Shown: piece after piece, positions 49,497 to 63,957 of the stretch
Layout of the letters: every line of letters starts with the position of its first letter
Position numbering within the stretch: position 1 is the stretch's first letter
Source: Welwitschia mirabilis
Lineage: Eukaryota
Assembly (NCBI GenBank): GCA_051453625.1
Contig: JBOZIK010000001.1
Span: forward strand, 47,816,357 to 47,880,313
Reading direction: 5' to 3'
Length of the DNA stretch: 63,957 bases
Translations under genes and position numbers: made by a program
The notes under the pieces: model-generated
What the model saw: only the letters and a program-made list of their open reading frames with translations
Told to the model about the DNA's origin: nothing
The model's database searches: none

Positions 49497-51280
49497 GTTC
49501 TCAAATCTATATAGATCTCCTACAAAAGTACTCAAAATACATCATCAAAATCCTATAAATTGGCATCGCAACATTGCCCACTACTTAACCTTGTCAATCC
49601 TTGATAAAGCGATCAAATATATTGTGAGTCAATTTGACTAAGATAACCAAAAACTAAAAAAATGTAAATCGAGTTTAAGAGTTTTTTCACCATGCAAGAA
49701 TAAACATCAAAAATCAATTAAATGATACAAATACTAACATATTTATTAGCCGCCTCCTTAAAATACATCGCAATATAAAAAATGAATGTCATACCTAAAA
49801 ATTCATAAAATCTAACAATGATAACTTCAGAAAATAACGATATGTATGCATAATTTGAGATAATGATATTGAAACCGATGTGTAAAAACTAAGTAGTGAT
49901 AACTCAAAATGATGTATATAACTCCATTAATGTATTATACAAGGAGTGAAGTACAAAGAATAATCATAGATTCTTTTCCTTATTCATGATGTTTTAGATG
50001 TTCTAAATCATAGCTGTAGGAAAACTCTGTGGTTATGCTACTGTGATCTTTCCAAATAATGTCCATGAAAAAATCAAGTAATATGAAATCATATCTAAAT
50101 AAACTCATCACAAATATGTATTGTGAAAGCTTAAAAATGATATTTTTTTAAAATTAAAATTTTTCCCAATATCTCAGACATCACTGAAAAAGATTTCCTC
50201 TTACCTTAGGTGAATCAAGACGTTCTGCATTACAATAGAGCTAAAATAAGTATTATTGCCTCTCTATCATGGGAACGATAGATGTGAGATGACACTCATT
50301 AAAGATATACTAAAAATATAGGAAAAACTAGAAAAAGTCTGAAAATAAGGGAAACAACAATCAAGAATTAGAAAGTTAGTAGAAAATCAAGAAAATAATA
50401 AAAAGTGAAGAATCATCCTTAAAAAACAATGATCATGATGAAAAGAGACTTATGTGGAAAGGACTTCAAAGAGAAAAGTAATGGGACCATAATAATGCAC
50501 TAAATAGAAAGAAGCAATGCTCAGAAGAATACATTAAATGTACCCAAACTCAGTAAGTATGGAAAGGTAAGAAATTAAAACTCAGAGGAGAAAGTATCAT
50601 CATCACCTGTCAAAAAGAAAAAACAATAATCCTTGTGGATAAAAACTATGAGTAATATCAACAAGAAACTACTAAATGATTAAATCCAAAATATTATGTT
50701 GAAGAAGTATGGAAATAACTTTGAAAAATCCAACAAAATAGCTAAAGAAAAACAAAAAGTAAAAATGGATAATTAGGAATCTACCCTAAATTCTAACCTA
50801 ACAAATTCCTTTAGTAAAAATCATAAAATTACTTGATGAAAAACTTATAATTATATATAAAAATTCATAAAGTACCATTCAAATAGGCAATGATTATGAT
50901 GATGTCAAGTACTCTAATGTTGTTAAACAATAAATAATAAGATCAAAAGCTATTAAAACATGAACCCACTAGCTCATACATTAAAATCATACTAGAATCC
51001 AAAGAAATAAAATGATCATGTAAAAGTAGTATATGAAAAATAAGTCTAGAAAATAAGCAATGCCTTTGATGATACTATGAGCATCACTAATCATATAACC
51101 TCTAAGTAAAAATTGTTTTTCCATGATGAGGGGAGTATAACCACTATCAAAGGAGTAAGGACTTATATAGCATGGCTAACTGACCCTCCAGTGGAGTTTC
51201 CACAATTACCATATCACACTACAAAATGACCTTGTTGGGAAAATTTGTCCTGGTGCGCTTGCAGTAGGAAATCATGGTGA
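49497..51280 (-). mobile_element. Fragment of the same LTR family as 20641-30238 (LTR end plus 3' internal region)
   Basis: LTR terminus ..aaattggcatcgcaaca at 49573; 49574-51280 is collinear with 22533-24505 (e.g. cataaagtacca, tctagaaaataagcaat, agcatggct, ggaaaattt). Confidence 0.8.
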
Positions 51281-54200
51281 NNNNNNNNNNNNNNNNNNNN
51301 NNNNNNNNNNNNNNNNNNNNNNNNNNNNNNNNNNNNNNNNNNNNNNNNNNNNNNNNNNNNNNNNNNNNNNNNNNNNNNNNNNNNNNNNNNNNNNNNNNNN
51401 NNNNNNNNNNNNNNNNNNNNNNNNNNNNNNNNNNNNNNNNNNNNNNNNNNNNNNNNNNNNNNNNNNNNNNNNNNNNNNNNNNNNNNNNNNNNNNNNNNNN
51501 NNNNNNNNNNNNNNNNNNNNNNNNNNNNNNNNNNNNNNNNNNNNNNNNNNNNNNNNNNNNNNNNNNNNNNNNNNNNNNNNNNNNNNNNNNNNNNNNNNNN
51601 NNNNNNNNNNNNNNNNNNNNNNNNNNNNNNNNNNNNNNNNNNNNNNNNNNNNNNNNNNNNNNNNNNNNNNNNNNNNNNNNNNNNNNNNNNNNNNNNNNNN
51701 NNNNNNNNNNNNNNNNNNNNNNNNNNNNNNNNNNNNNNNNNNNNNNNNNNNNNNNNNNNNNNNNNNNNNNNNNNNNNNNNNNNNNNNNNNNNNNNNNNNN
51801 NNNNNNNNNNNNNNNNNNNNNNNNNNNNNNNNNNNNNNNNNNNNNNNNNNNNNNNNNNNNNNNNNNNNNNNNNNNNNNNNNNNNNNNNNNNNNNNNNNNN
51901 NNNNNNNNNNNNNNNNNNNNNNNNNNNNNNNNNNNNNNNNNNNNNNNNNNNNNNNNNNNNNNNNNNNNNNNNNNNNNNNNNNNNNNNNNNNNNNNNNNNN
52001 NNNNNNNNNNNNNNNNNNNNNNNNNNNNNNNNNNNNNNNNNNNNNNNNNNNNNNNNNNNNNNNNNNNNNNNNNNNNNNNNNNNNNNTCGTTACCATACCC
52101 TCCTCCTCAAGGAGTGCCTTCACTCTCTTTCTTTTCCGAAAAAATGCGCTTCTCTCTCTTTCTTCTCTTGAAGAAGTAGCGCACTTGGAGTTACAGAGCG
52201 AGAAAGCCCAGGGTTTAATTGCTGGAAGGAGAGTTAACGATTGGGAGTCCTAACAAATGGACACGCATATGAATCAGATTGGGTGGGAAGAACGGGAAGA
52301 AGAAAAGAAGAATTCCCGGAAATTCTTAAAACAGGATTACGTGTCTTGAATTCATGCTCGTTTCTGAGTGGCGTCTTGGTCTCCAAGTTGAATTTAAAGA
52401 TGTTGATACTGTGTACCAGGACAGAAAGCTTCTTTATAATATGCAACTTGTCAGTCCCAAACTTAAGATTCAGAGGATAAAGAGAACGCAAAAAAGCTGC
52501 ATAAGAGGGAAAAATGGGTAGAGTCCGAGCGCATATAGAGGAACGCAGTGAAATTGTGCATATCTGAAGATGATTTAGTATGAATAAAGCACCTACATCC
52601 ATTTAAAACACATTGCAGAAGAGGGTAACAGAAAGAAATAGTGTACCTACAACAACAGAGGCGATCCTTGAAGAATTAGAGAGATATGAAATAAAGGCTA
52701 GAAATGAGAAGGAACGACGGATCTCCTCTGTAAATCTTAAGAAAGAAGATCAGAGATAAAGACGTCGGAGTATTTCAAGAAAGAAGAGAATCCTTAAAGG
52801 AAAGTATTTGAATCTCGTTTCTAATAGAGGGTCGAACACTTGCAAATTTTGGGAAAACACAACAAAAGCTTTGTGTTAGTTTGCATTTGTAGCAGATAAA
52901 AATGATGAATTCAAAAGCTCAAGTCGAATATCTCTGCTTGAAAATGGGTATCCTCCTTCTGATACTTCTCCATTTCCAGGTGGATCATCTGCATTTAAAT
53001 TTAAAGTTAAAGAAAGAAATTATTAGGAGAATCGAGGTAAATCCATGAAAATCCTCTTCTGGCAATGAACCAATAAGTGTATCCCATTCTCATCATACAG
53101 ATTGGTCTTCATCAAAAATCAAGGTTTCTGGTTCCAACCGCCGTGAATATGAAGGAAAAACACACAAAGAGAAGGGACATCCAGAGGAGGATACACAAGA
53201 ACGCATCGAAAAAGGCATCACAGTGAGAAAAGACGAGGATCATCAGCACGGAGAAAATCACAAAGAGGACGCCAACGGGAGCCAATGGCAACACCAGCAT
53301 AGAACAAAACGGCAAGCTGCAACGCAAGAATAGAGGGAATGCAGCTAAAAAGAAAGGAACGCCAAAAGGAACAAATATAGAACGACAGCACCGAAGAGAA
53401 ACGCCAACGGACACAAAAGCGCACAACTACAAATTTTGCATCGTCCATTCTAAGATCGATTCCAGGTTTTTCTTATCATCTTTAAGGAAAACCAATTTTC
53501 TTTTTGGAACAAATAATTACATCTCTTACTTGTAAACCTTCTTAAATTAAGAATATATGATCTATTCGCCAGTAGATCTTGTTCGTCTTTATAATAATAA
53601 TTCGCTTGAAGCTCACGTATTGTCTGATAAAAAAGAAATGCGAAATTGAAGCTGATTTAGATTTTAACTTTTAAAACCTGAATTCCGAAGTCTTCTTAAA
53701 CTCTTTTTGCTGTATTAGCAGAAATCAACTGCTTATTGTCAACCAGAAGGTAAAATAAAATAGATAGAGGGTTCTAAACTTAGGCCAAGTTTTCAATAAT
53801 TTTATTTTTTATTTTTTTTTTATTTTTTTTGGTTACAGATGTCTTTAATATTTGAGACACAAGGTTAATTAGTGTCAAATTATATTTTTACTCTTAGGGA
53901 ATTTATGAAAATAAAAAAAATGGGCGGCGGGACTACATTATTCTATTATCGAATCTCCTTTAAAATTTAATTCATATAATTTTTTCTAAAAAAAAGAGAG
54001 GGGGGATAGATTTATGATATATGACAATAAATTTATTCTATGATGTTGTTCTCCTTTCTTTTCAAGTATTCATACACAAGGGTCTAGGCAAATTCATTTC
54101 TGTTACCCCCTTACTTTATTTATAAAGTGATTTAAAATAAAAGCCATATTTAAATATATTTAAATTATAATTTTTATTTTATTTTATTTTATTTTTATAC

Positions 54201-54826
54201 AAAATATTTCATTGTGAGATCTTTAATTTTTGAATTTCGTTTATATTTCAAACATTAGATAAAATATCAAAAATCACTTTACCATCCAAAACCACGAGTA
54301 TAACGTTGCGAAAAATTGTCATAACAACTACTTTATTGTAATAGAAGCCTAGTAAAAAGTACAAACATGAACTTAAATTTTGGAAGGCAACAAGATTCAT
54401 GAGGGAGATGTAGAGTAAATAAATACAAGATAGCCTACTATGGAAAGATAGTGATGCAAACTATGAAATGTCTATGGGATAAGATTGATTTTATTAAAAG
54501 GAGAAAGCACATTCCATGACACCATAGAAAAGAATGATGTTAATTTAATTAATAACACTTTAAATAAATATTATGACATTAAACATCAACCATAATTTTA
54601 AATCATGTTTGAAAAAACATCAAAACCATAGCACTAATAAAAATGTACCATGAAGAGTAAAAGTACTATGACACAACAAACTATAGTGTCACAAAAGTAT
54701 AAGGACATCACCTATAATATTGTTATCATTTTCTTTTATTATTTTTAATTTTCATTAATGTAATGTGAGAAGAGTTTTAAATTATTATGGCCCAATACTA
54801 AATATTTCATAATAATAGATGACATC

Positions 54827-55178
54827 CAATACTAGAAATATAGGTTTCTAAGGCATTTCGAAAATTCCTTAAAAGGCCTTAAAAAATACCTTAAATGCTT
54901 TTAATGTGTTTCTTTAAAAAATTCCTTAAAACACCTCACCTTAGAAGGCTATAGGATTTTAAGGCATTTGAATATAAAAACCTTAAAAGGGATTTTTTAA
55001 GATGCTTCTATACAAAGGCCTTACAAAGTTTTTTAAGGCACTTCTATAGAAACACCCTAAAAGTGGATTTTAGGTGTTTTCATAAAAGTGCCTCAAAAGA
55101 TCCCTTTTAAGGTGTTTTTATATAAATTCCTTAAAAGAGATGTCTTTTAGGACATTTATTCACAAAAGCCTTAAAAGG
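54827..55178 (+). mobile_element. CACTA terminus (CAATA variant) with subterminal repeats
   Basis: CAATACTAGAAATATAGG plus the same motif arrangement as 49262. Confidence 0.8.
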
Positions 55179-55699
55179 TATAACTTGGTGAAAAAATCAG
55201 AAAAATCTTTGACTAAGTTGTTCTAGCAGTAGATGGGCCTAGTCAATAAAGAACCTAATGAGATAAGTGATTAAAATATCACCTATGACAAAGAAGGACT
55301 AGTTAATGTGGAGAATATTATAGAAGCTATACAAGATTGTGATGCTCATGAATTTCTACGCCCTGCTTCATGTTACAAAGCACACAAGTATCTCATCTTT
55401 ACATGAATAATTGACACTAATGCTTGGAGCTTAAAATAAGTTGAAAAACTGGTATGTAATCTACATCTTTTGATATAATTTCTTATAAGATGCAAACATT
55501 CATATCTTATCTATCAAAGATCTTTACCTTATGAATTCTAAACAATTATGATCATGAATTAGTTCTATCAGTGGGTTGAAGTACATTTAACCCAATATAA
55601 CTAGATCTTAAACTACCTCTAAGTTATACTAATAGAAGAAATTTATTAAACATCAAGTTAAAGAAGCTTAATTCCTATCATCTTATCCTAAAAAATGAT

Positions 55700-57100
55700 A
55701 TGTGGATACATAAGAAAGTTTAACTAAATGATGAAATATTCCTTTGCAGAAAGTTATTCAAGGAAGACATGAAAAGATTACAAAGTTCCTTTAGGAATCA
55801 GGCACAAGATCAAGCTCTAATGATGTTGTTAACTTCATGTATAGATTCATGAGAGAGAAGAGTATGGATGTATTAAGTAATTTGTTAGGATATGTTGCAG
55901 AGGAAAATGCAGTAGTCTACAAAGGGAGAATTGCTCTTTATCAAGCTATTAATTATAACTTAACATAAGTTATAAAGTATTTTTAAGATAGTGGAGTAGT
56001 TTTTAACATTAAGGATAATGATAAATGAATATTATTGAACTTAGAAAAATAGTAGGTATAAGATGAAATACTATCATTATTTTAGGAGAAAATTAAGATG
56101 CCAAATTCAAATGATTGCATTCCTTCTAAAAGATTTCAAAATGGTAACGATGGTGGCATCACTTCAAATACATTTACAAATGTAAGAAGAACTTTCATCC
56201 TTCTTATAAGAAATTATCACTATAGTTCTTCTATTAAATTGCAAAAAGGAATTTGCAAGTATTTTAAAAATCCTCTTTTTAGTATGGTAATGCATCCAAA
56301 TAGTAATCGAAACATTCCTCATATAAATAAATTATAGAAAGATTTCAAAACATATTATTCACTTTTAAAAAGGTTAATATTTAGAAGTACAAATCAAATA
56401 ATAATGATGGAATGAAATGTTTAGATAAAATGTTACTTTACTAGATTCCATAAAAGCATTCCTAAAAATTAGTAGTACATAGTTACTTAAGATACTTGGT
56501 TTGTATAGACATATGTAACACTAAAAAAGTTTATCTTAAAGGAACTCCTTTTGTTGCAAGTTAAAAATTTCGGTTTTATTCCTCCAAATTATTGAATGAA
56601 GAATTTAATAAAATAAAAGACATTAAAGTTATTAAAGTAGAAGACCATCTTTACCTACTTTCCATAAGGGAGAACAAATAATCTTTTCACAGTATGCCCT
56701 AATAACCTAAGTCTTCAATTCCCTACAACTTATTTTTAGAAGTTTTTAATGAATTAATTCATCTCTAAGAAATTTTTCTTCAATCAGACTAATAAATCTA
56801 AGAATAGGTCTTGTACTTAAATTATTTGTAGTAACATAATTGAAAAATACATATCTTACTATATTTGTATTCTTCATCAAAGAGTATATGTAGAGATCCA
56901 CTAGAGATCCACTAAGAATCTAATAGGTCATTTATCAATTGTGAAGTATAGATGGAGGCCTCCATTCCAAACATGATATTTATCATGAAAATATTTTTTA
57001 AAAGCTATATATTTTTAATAAGATCTTGAACTGCATTTATATATTTGTGATTTTTTCTTGCATAAGTGTATGGGTTTTTGCAATAGATATAGGATAACTA
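55700..57100 (-). pseudogene. Possible very degenerate CACTA transposase (TnpD/Transposase_21-like)
   Basis: Only faint motifs (SIYTSQLINDLL..ISTY; YLDA; ILP) in the expected order next to a CACTA end. Confidence 0.3.
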
Positions 57101-58325
57101 CTATAATCCATGTCCAATCATTCATTAATTCATACTCATTTTACCTTTTTAGCATAGCTTGAAGATCAGGATTTTGGCAATCAAGAATGAAAGTAGATCT
57201 AAAATGAAATTCACCTTGAATTGAAGGCTCCTTCAAAAAATGGATTTAATGAATAATAGGATATGTGTTTGTTTTATTTTTTAGGAAACATACACTAGGA
57301 TTTTAACTAGAAAAGATTCTTTAAAATAATCTATAATACTATAAACATGAATGTANNNNNNNNNNNNNNNNNNNNNNNNNNNNNNNNNNNNNNNNNNNNN
57401 NNNNNNNNNNNNNNNNNNNNNNNNNNNNNNNNNNNNNNNNNNNNNNNNNNNNNNNTATGTTCATCAAATAAAATTATCTTCACACATATATCTTCCTAAA
57501 AAAAAAAAGGTGGAATATACATATATAGGCCTTAAGCAATAGCTCATTTATTTTTTTTGCAGTCATAGTTAAATTCAATGACATTTCAAATTATAGGGAT
57601 TTGATTTTCTCGCATTTTAGAAGTTTATTTAATCATTGCAAAAAAAAAAAAAATTGTCGTAACAATAACTTCATAAAGTAATACATAAGTTAAATTAAAG
57701 ATGTCTAAGTGAAAGCATGATATATACCTAAGGAATCCGTTAAGAAGAAATTTAGATAATGAAAGAAGGAAAGTCCTACTCATTAAGAAAGGCTTCCAAG
57801 ACAAGTGATTCTATTATGTTTAAGGTTTCATTAGTAGATGAATCATAAATTTTTAACCTTTATCCATTAACTTTTTAAATTTTCATGGTGTTTGAATCAG
57901 ATATTTTAACTAAGCAAATGGTATGCAATTTTTCTATAAGATAAAGATCTAACCATTAGAGGTTAATAATTGTGTAAACAGTGTACTCAGGTATTATATA
58001 AAAGGATGAACTAACCAAGTTTAAATCATGTTTTAACTTGGCTTGGGCTTTATGAATGAGTTGACGACGTATAGCATAAGCACGTTTTTCATCTAAATGA
58101 TCAAGTTAGGCTAATCGAGTTTTAAGATTTTTGTTCAAGTTTATAAGGTTAATTTGATGTGGATCAATAGGAATTACAGCAAACATCAACTGGAAAGATA
58201 CAAATCTTCCCACACATAAGTTCATAAGGTTAAAACCTAGAGAGTTTCAACAAGTAGTACAGTAAGCTCAAATAAGAGGACCAAGTTTTCTTATTTATAG
58301 AGACTAATTTTTAGAATGTTTTTTT

Positions 58326-59424
58326 TGTTATGGCATTAACTTACATGTATTTGATAGGATATTTTGAGTTATTTTACAAGTAAATTGGTAGATAAATGTT
58401 TGAATTTCATGATAATGGAGAAGCAAGATGAAAAGGATGGAAATATTCGATTTCCTAAATAAATTACAAGTATTCTAGGCGAATACAAATAAACGATAGT
58501 TTGGATGATAATTTTATGCAAACAATAAGGTTAAAGCATTGATGAAAGACCCATTGAAAGGCCATCGTCCATAGAATCGTTCGAAAGACATGGCAGACGA
58601 TAATGCCATTGCATGATGATAGGTCTGACAGATAGTTAGATTGATAGCAGATGAGATTTAACTATGATCTGGCATCATCTCTTGTATCATCTGAACAACT
58701 AATTGGATGACACTGATAGTAATGCCCGCATTGAATGTTCACCTAAAATTTCATCACCTATTTTGATTTCTCTCTACAGGACAGTTAGGGTTTCCCGTCT
58801 TGCACCTTTATGTCAGTTTTATTTCATGTTTTGAGTCAATAAATAGAGGTCTCCCCCTTGACTCTTGATCATCTTCGATTGTATCCAACATACTAATGAT
58901 AGGAGATCAAGGGACCGGAGAACTATCTTGTAATTTTAGAGAGACGTTTACTTAAGTGTTGGACAGTATTTCCTCCATTGAGCTGTAACTACTTTATAAT
59001 ACAGATGTGGTGTGCATTTTAATATAAAACATTTCTTTTGTGTTCAATGTATGAATGATCTTCTCCCTCATAGTTTATGTTATTTGAGATTTAGTGACAA
59101 TCTTCTCTTGTAATATAGATTATAAGGACAACCTTTATCAAGGCTGTGCTTGGTTAGTTTAGGTGCACTATTATTTCCTTTCCTAGAATAATCTTGCACA
59201 AGTGTGTTTTATTTCATTTTCATGCATTGCAAGTTATTTATGTAGGTTAGGATTACTGTGTTTTCATCTTGAAAGCAACTCTTTTATTTCCATACTTTGG
59301 CCTTCAATAGATTACGATATTCGGGTTACTCCCGTCTATATTAGTGTGTGTGTTTGTGCATATTATTTGTAGTTAACAGGATTCTAATCAGGACATAAAC
59401 ATTACATAAATATGCACCACAACA
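58326..59424 (+). repeat. 5' LTR of a Ty3/gypsy element (about 1.1 kb)
   Basis: TGTTATGGCA...CACCACAACA; ends homologous to the reverse complement of the ends of 20641-22532; PBS follows. Confidence 0.8.
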
Positions 59425-59427
59425 TAT

Positions 59428-59445
59428 TGGCGTAGTTACCAGAGA
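59428..59445 (+). promoter_or_regulatory. PBS, degenerate tRNA-Asp type
   Basis: TGGCGTAGTTACCAGAGA vs TGGCGCCGTTGCCGGGGA, 3 nt after the LTR. Confidence 0.65.
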
Positions 59446-60229
59446 AGGCTGCTTGGAGTTCGAGAGTTATCATTGCTTCGGTAAGTATTCTGGATGCTTG
59501 CTGCAGCAGTGGTGTAACAGTACCTGTAATAGCATAGATTTCTTATTTTTGTAGAGTTAGTTTCTGTTTTTCAAATTAGAGTCTATTTTTTTGTTTTGAA
59601 ATAAAAGTTCGATGACAGTGGCGACAACAGCCTCTATGCCATAAGATTTTCTGTTTCAAGTCTTTTATGTTTGAGGTTTTTCTATTAAATTTTGACAGTA
59701 TCAGTACCATCGTCTCCTATGTCATCAAGATGTCATTTGAAGTTTTCCTATCAGAAAGCTATTTTTTACTTTTCCTTTTCTTGTGATTTCTGTGTTTCTG
59801 TTGTCTAGGATATCATCCGGATGACATAGGAGATGGTACCTTTGTAGATCCAAGATAGTATATGAATGATTAAGTCTAGCAAAAAGGAAAAATACCAGAG
59901 AGAGTGACTGTTGATTACTAAAAACATTAGAATAAGTTTGATAAATCTTAAAAAAGATATAGATAAAAATATCAAAGGTATGTAAAATTTTGAATTTCCC
60001 GTAATTTCCACTTTTATTTCTGTAGATTTTGATTTTGCTATCATGTCAACCTCAGAACAAAAACTTAAACAACCTATCTCTCTAAATCCACCCCTATTAT
60101 TGGAAACCTTACTTTCACTCCTCCTCAACCTAATACTCATGTTACCTTGAGAGATCTTATTGCAAATAAAAAATGTGAAATCTAGAATCCTTGTGAGTTA
60201 CCTTCCAGTAATGATGTAGAACTTTAAAA

Positions 60230-63200
60230 CTTAAATGCTTATCCTACCTTTAGTGGATAACCTAATGAGGATCTATTACAACACATCACCAAAATTAAAC
60301 AACTTATCCTTACTTTTGGAAACAGTAAAAAATGAATCAGTGATAGAACCTACATAGTTATCTTTTTCATCATCTTAAGAGATAAAGCAAAACTTTGGCT
60401 TAGAACAATCCTCCATAAAAGCCTTAAGTCTTGGAGCCAAGTTCAAGAAGCCTTTATAAAGAGATTTATGAGTCAAACCACCATCTGAAAATGTAAGAAA
60501 GAGGTCATCAACTTCCAACAGTTATCTAATGAAAACTATTCCTCTGCTTACGAGAGATTCTTTGTTGCTTTACATTCAAATCCCGTAGATGCCTTTTCTG
60601 AAGTAGAGTTAATTAACTATTTTTATAGTGGATTGAATAGTCATACGAAGCAACTCATAGATTTTTCCTGTGGGGACAACCTATTAAACCAAACCTTAGA
60701 AGATGCTTGGAAGGTGTTGAAAGGTTTAGTAGAAGTAAGTTAAACCTAAAAGAAGTTAAACATGAGAAGAATGGACCCAAAATAGAAAATTAACCAACTA
60801 GCATTATTAAGGATTTTACTTCCACCTTATAAAAATACACCTAGATGATCCTTAATGCTAAAGTGGCAATCAATAAGAGTGAAGTAGTTATTCCAACATG
60901 TGATTTATATGAAGATAGTTATCATATCACAAAATATGGTCATTTACTTTCTACTTATAAAGAAAACATCTATGAGAAAGTTTATGCATTTAACCAAAAA
61001 CCGTCCAACTACAATCAAAACCACAACCAAAGACAAGTCCAAGATCATAACTTTCAACATAGGATAAGTGAGCAACCAAACTCTAGAAATCTTCAAATAC
61101 ATCATCCTAACTTCCAACCTTTCAGAAATAGAATTGAACATTTAAAATTTCAATACAACAACTAAAACAACTTGATAAAGCCTTCCAACTCCTAAAACAA
61201 TAGTGATCTTCTTAGTAATTTCATTGAGGAGTTGAGAAAAACTTAAGAGAAAATAAATGCCAACATAAAAAACCTTGTAAGTATTTTATAATAAATGATG
61301 CTTGCAAATCAAAGACCACAAGGAACCCTTGTAACTCAACCTTTATCGAATCTTAATGAAGTAAGAAAAGATTGTAAAGTGGTGATAAAGAATGAAAATG
61401 ATACAACTCTCCTTATCCATAAGGCTTCAACTTTCCAAAGTTACAAAAATGATAAGGAAGAGGACATAGAAATCTTAGAAAACCATTCCTTCCCTTCTTC
61501 GCTTAGCAAAAAAAATAAAGATCTGTCAGAAAAAAAACCTGCTACTCCATGGCTTGATAGTCTTAACATAAACCTCATCTTTGATGATCATTTGAAAGCC
61601 TTAATGTAAAATGTGAGCATCAACTTATCTTTTTGGAAACTTATGCAAGAGAATCCAAAATACTCTGAGCTATAGAAAGACCTAATAAGAAGGAAATAAA
61701 AACAAATCATTTCTAATAAAGTCTTCCTAGCTCAATCCATTAGCAACTTGGTTTACAAAAAGTGTCAAAAATTTAAAGATCTAGGAGCAGTAACCATGAA
61801 ACTGTAGAATTAAGAAAGCCTTAATAGATATAGGAGCTAGAGTCAATATTATGCCCTTGCACACTCGTCAACCTCTTGGGTTGGAAGAAAAAGTAGAGCC
61901 TATACACATTATCTTAGAGTTAGCTGATACATTTATGAAGAAACCTTTAGGTGTGATCAAGGACTTGTCCATTCAAAATGAAGAAGATTTCTATCCAATT
62001 GATGTAATTGTTTTAGAAGTTAAGCACCATGGTGGATATCCCCTACTTCTAAGTAGATCTTTCTGTCCAATAGCCTATTGCATAATAAATACAAGAACTG
62101 GATTGATGAGGTGCCATTTTAGAAATAAATAATTTTCAATAAAAGAGTTTAATATGACTAAAGAAGATTTAGGCAATGATTTAAGTTTGGAGGAAGAAAT
62201 AAAATTAACCCTATTTTTACAGCATCATCCACTTGAGAAGAGATGGTCCATGCTCTATGAGCCAACCTTTTTTGATGATAAATTAGGCATAAACTACCTT
62301 TATGTGCTTAACGATTAAATTGAGTTTGAGTATCTCCCAACTAAGTTTTCTAACCTGAGGAGTAGTGATTCGGAGTCTATAAACTGTTTTGAAGTCCGAG
62401 AAACTAAAACCATTGAGAATTATTGTTTTGAGATTGGTCATCTACTACTGATGTCTGGACAACAGTCAACTTTTCTCAAAATTTTTTAGAAACTAGAATT
62501 TTGAACCTTAACCTAAACCTAAAACCTTTAGATAGTGGATTAAAATACATTTTTCTAAATAGAGATCTAAATAAACCTTTGATTATAAACAAAAGCCTTT
62601 TACCTCAATAAGAATTCAATCTCATTTCTCTTTTAGAATCAAAGGTTCATGCATTTTCTTAATCCCATAATGATCTATTAGCCATACCCACTTTCATTGT
62701 GCAATACAAAATTTACCTCAAAGAAAGTGCTAAACCTATGAGGCAATCCCAATGTAGACTAAATCTAGTCCTAAAGCAAATTGTAAAAGATGAAATCATA
62801 AAACTTATGAATGCTGTAATCATTTACTCTATTGCTAATAATGAGTGGATTATCGCCTTGACAGTAGTATGAAAAAGGGCTGGAAAATGGCATATGTGCA
62901 TAGATTTCCAAAAACTAAAAGAAGTAACTAAAAAATACCATTATCCTTTGCCTTTTCTTGATCAAATTCTTGATAGGATTTAGGGTTATGGTTTTTACTA
63001 TTTTCTTAATGGTTATAGCAGTTACAATCAAGTTTGCATTGCCATTGAGAACCAAGATAAAACTACCTTTACTTCTCCTTTTAGTATCTTTGCCTTTAGA
63101 TGCATGTCTTTCAGACTTTGTAATGCTCCTGATACCTTTCAGTGAGCTATGATGGATATTTTTTTATATATATGCTTGAGGATTCCATTAATATTTTTAT

Positions 63201-63957
63201 AAATGACTTCTTTATCTATGCTGAAACTTTTGAGCAAATCTTAGATTGTTTAGAGAAGGTCTTAGATCAATGCATTGCTATGGCTTCCACTTAAGTTGGG
63301 AAAAGAATCATTTTCTTATATAGAGTGGCATTATTTTAGGTCACCATATGTCTTGGAAGGGGATTAAGATGGATGCTTCTAAAGTTGGTATTATTCAAAA
63401 TCTTAGTCCCCTTACAAATGTTAAATAGGTCTGATCTTTCCTTCGTCATTGTGGTTNNNNNNNNNNNNNNNNNNNNNNNNNNNNNNNNNNNNNNNNNNNN
63501 NNNNNNNNNNNNNNNNNNNNNNNNNNNNNNNNNNNNNNNNNNNNNNNNNNNNNNNNCTCAAAGAAAAGGCTAAACTTGTGAGGCAATCCCAATGTAAACT
63601 AAATTCAGCTATAAAGCAAATTGTAAAAAATGAAATCATAAAACTTATAAATGTTGGAATTATTTACTTTATTGCTAATAGTGAGTGGGTTAGCCCCTTG
63701 ATGGTAGTACCAAAAAAGGGTGGGAAATGGCATATGTTCATAGATTTCCAAAAACTAAATGAAGTAACTAAAAAAGACCACTGTCCTTTGCCTTTTCTTA
63801 ATTAAATTCTTGATAGGATTCAGGGTTATGATTTTTACTATTCTCTTGATGGTTATAGTGGTTACAATCAAGTTTTTATTGCCATTGAGGACCAAGCTAA
63901 AACAACCTTCACTTCATTTTTTGGTACCTTTACCTTTAGACACATGTCTTTCAGACT
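60230..63957 (+). pseudogene. Ty3/gypsy gag-protease-RT, disrupted, continues beyond the window
   Basis: gag YPTFSG*PNED..SLRDKAKLWL..SWSQVQEAFIKRF..NFQQLSNE; protease KALIDIGARVNIMP..LELAD; RT EIIKL..IIYSIANNEW..MCIDFQKL..YPLPFLDQILDRI..GYSSYNQV..IFINDF. Confidence 0.93.

Overview
AT-rich, gapped (N-runs) land-plant nuclear scaffold dominated by decayed transposable elements, with few host genes. The most striking structure is 7694-13950 (- strand): a Ty1/copia unit with three LTRs and two PBSs, bounded by one 5-bp target-site duplication (AGAAG). It encloses an intron-containing UDP-glycosyltransferase (UGT85-like) gene whose visible coding sequence is intact while the retroelement ORFs are broken. 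A 100-N gap inside the unit limits certainty. Also present: a nested stack (Athila-like Ty3/gypsy > second LTR element with TSD AGTAG > L1 LINE), where removing the insert restores the host's extra ORF in frame; a single-exon stand-alone WRC-domain gene; PPR and AAA-ATPase pseudogene fragments; CACTA ends; 101-bp and 123-bp tandem arrays; and a further Ty3/gypsy element running off the right end. All calls are from manual reading; no database searches were run.
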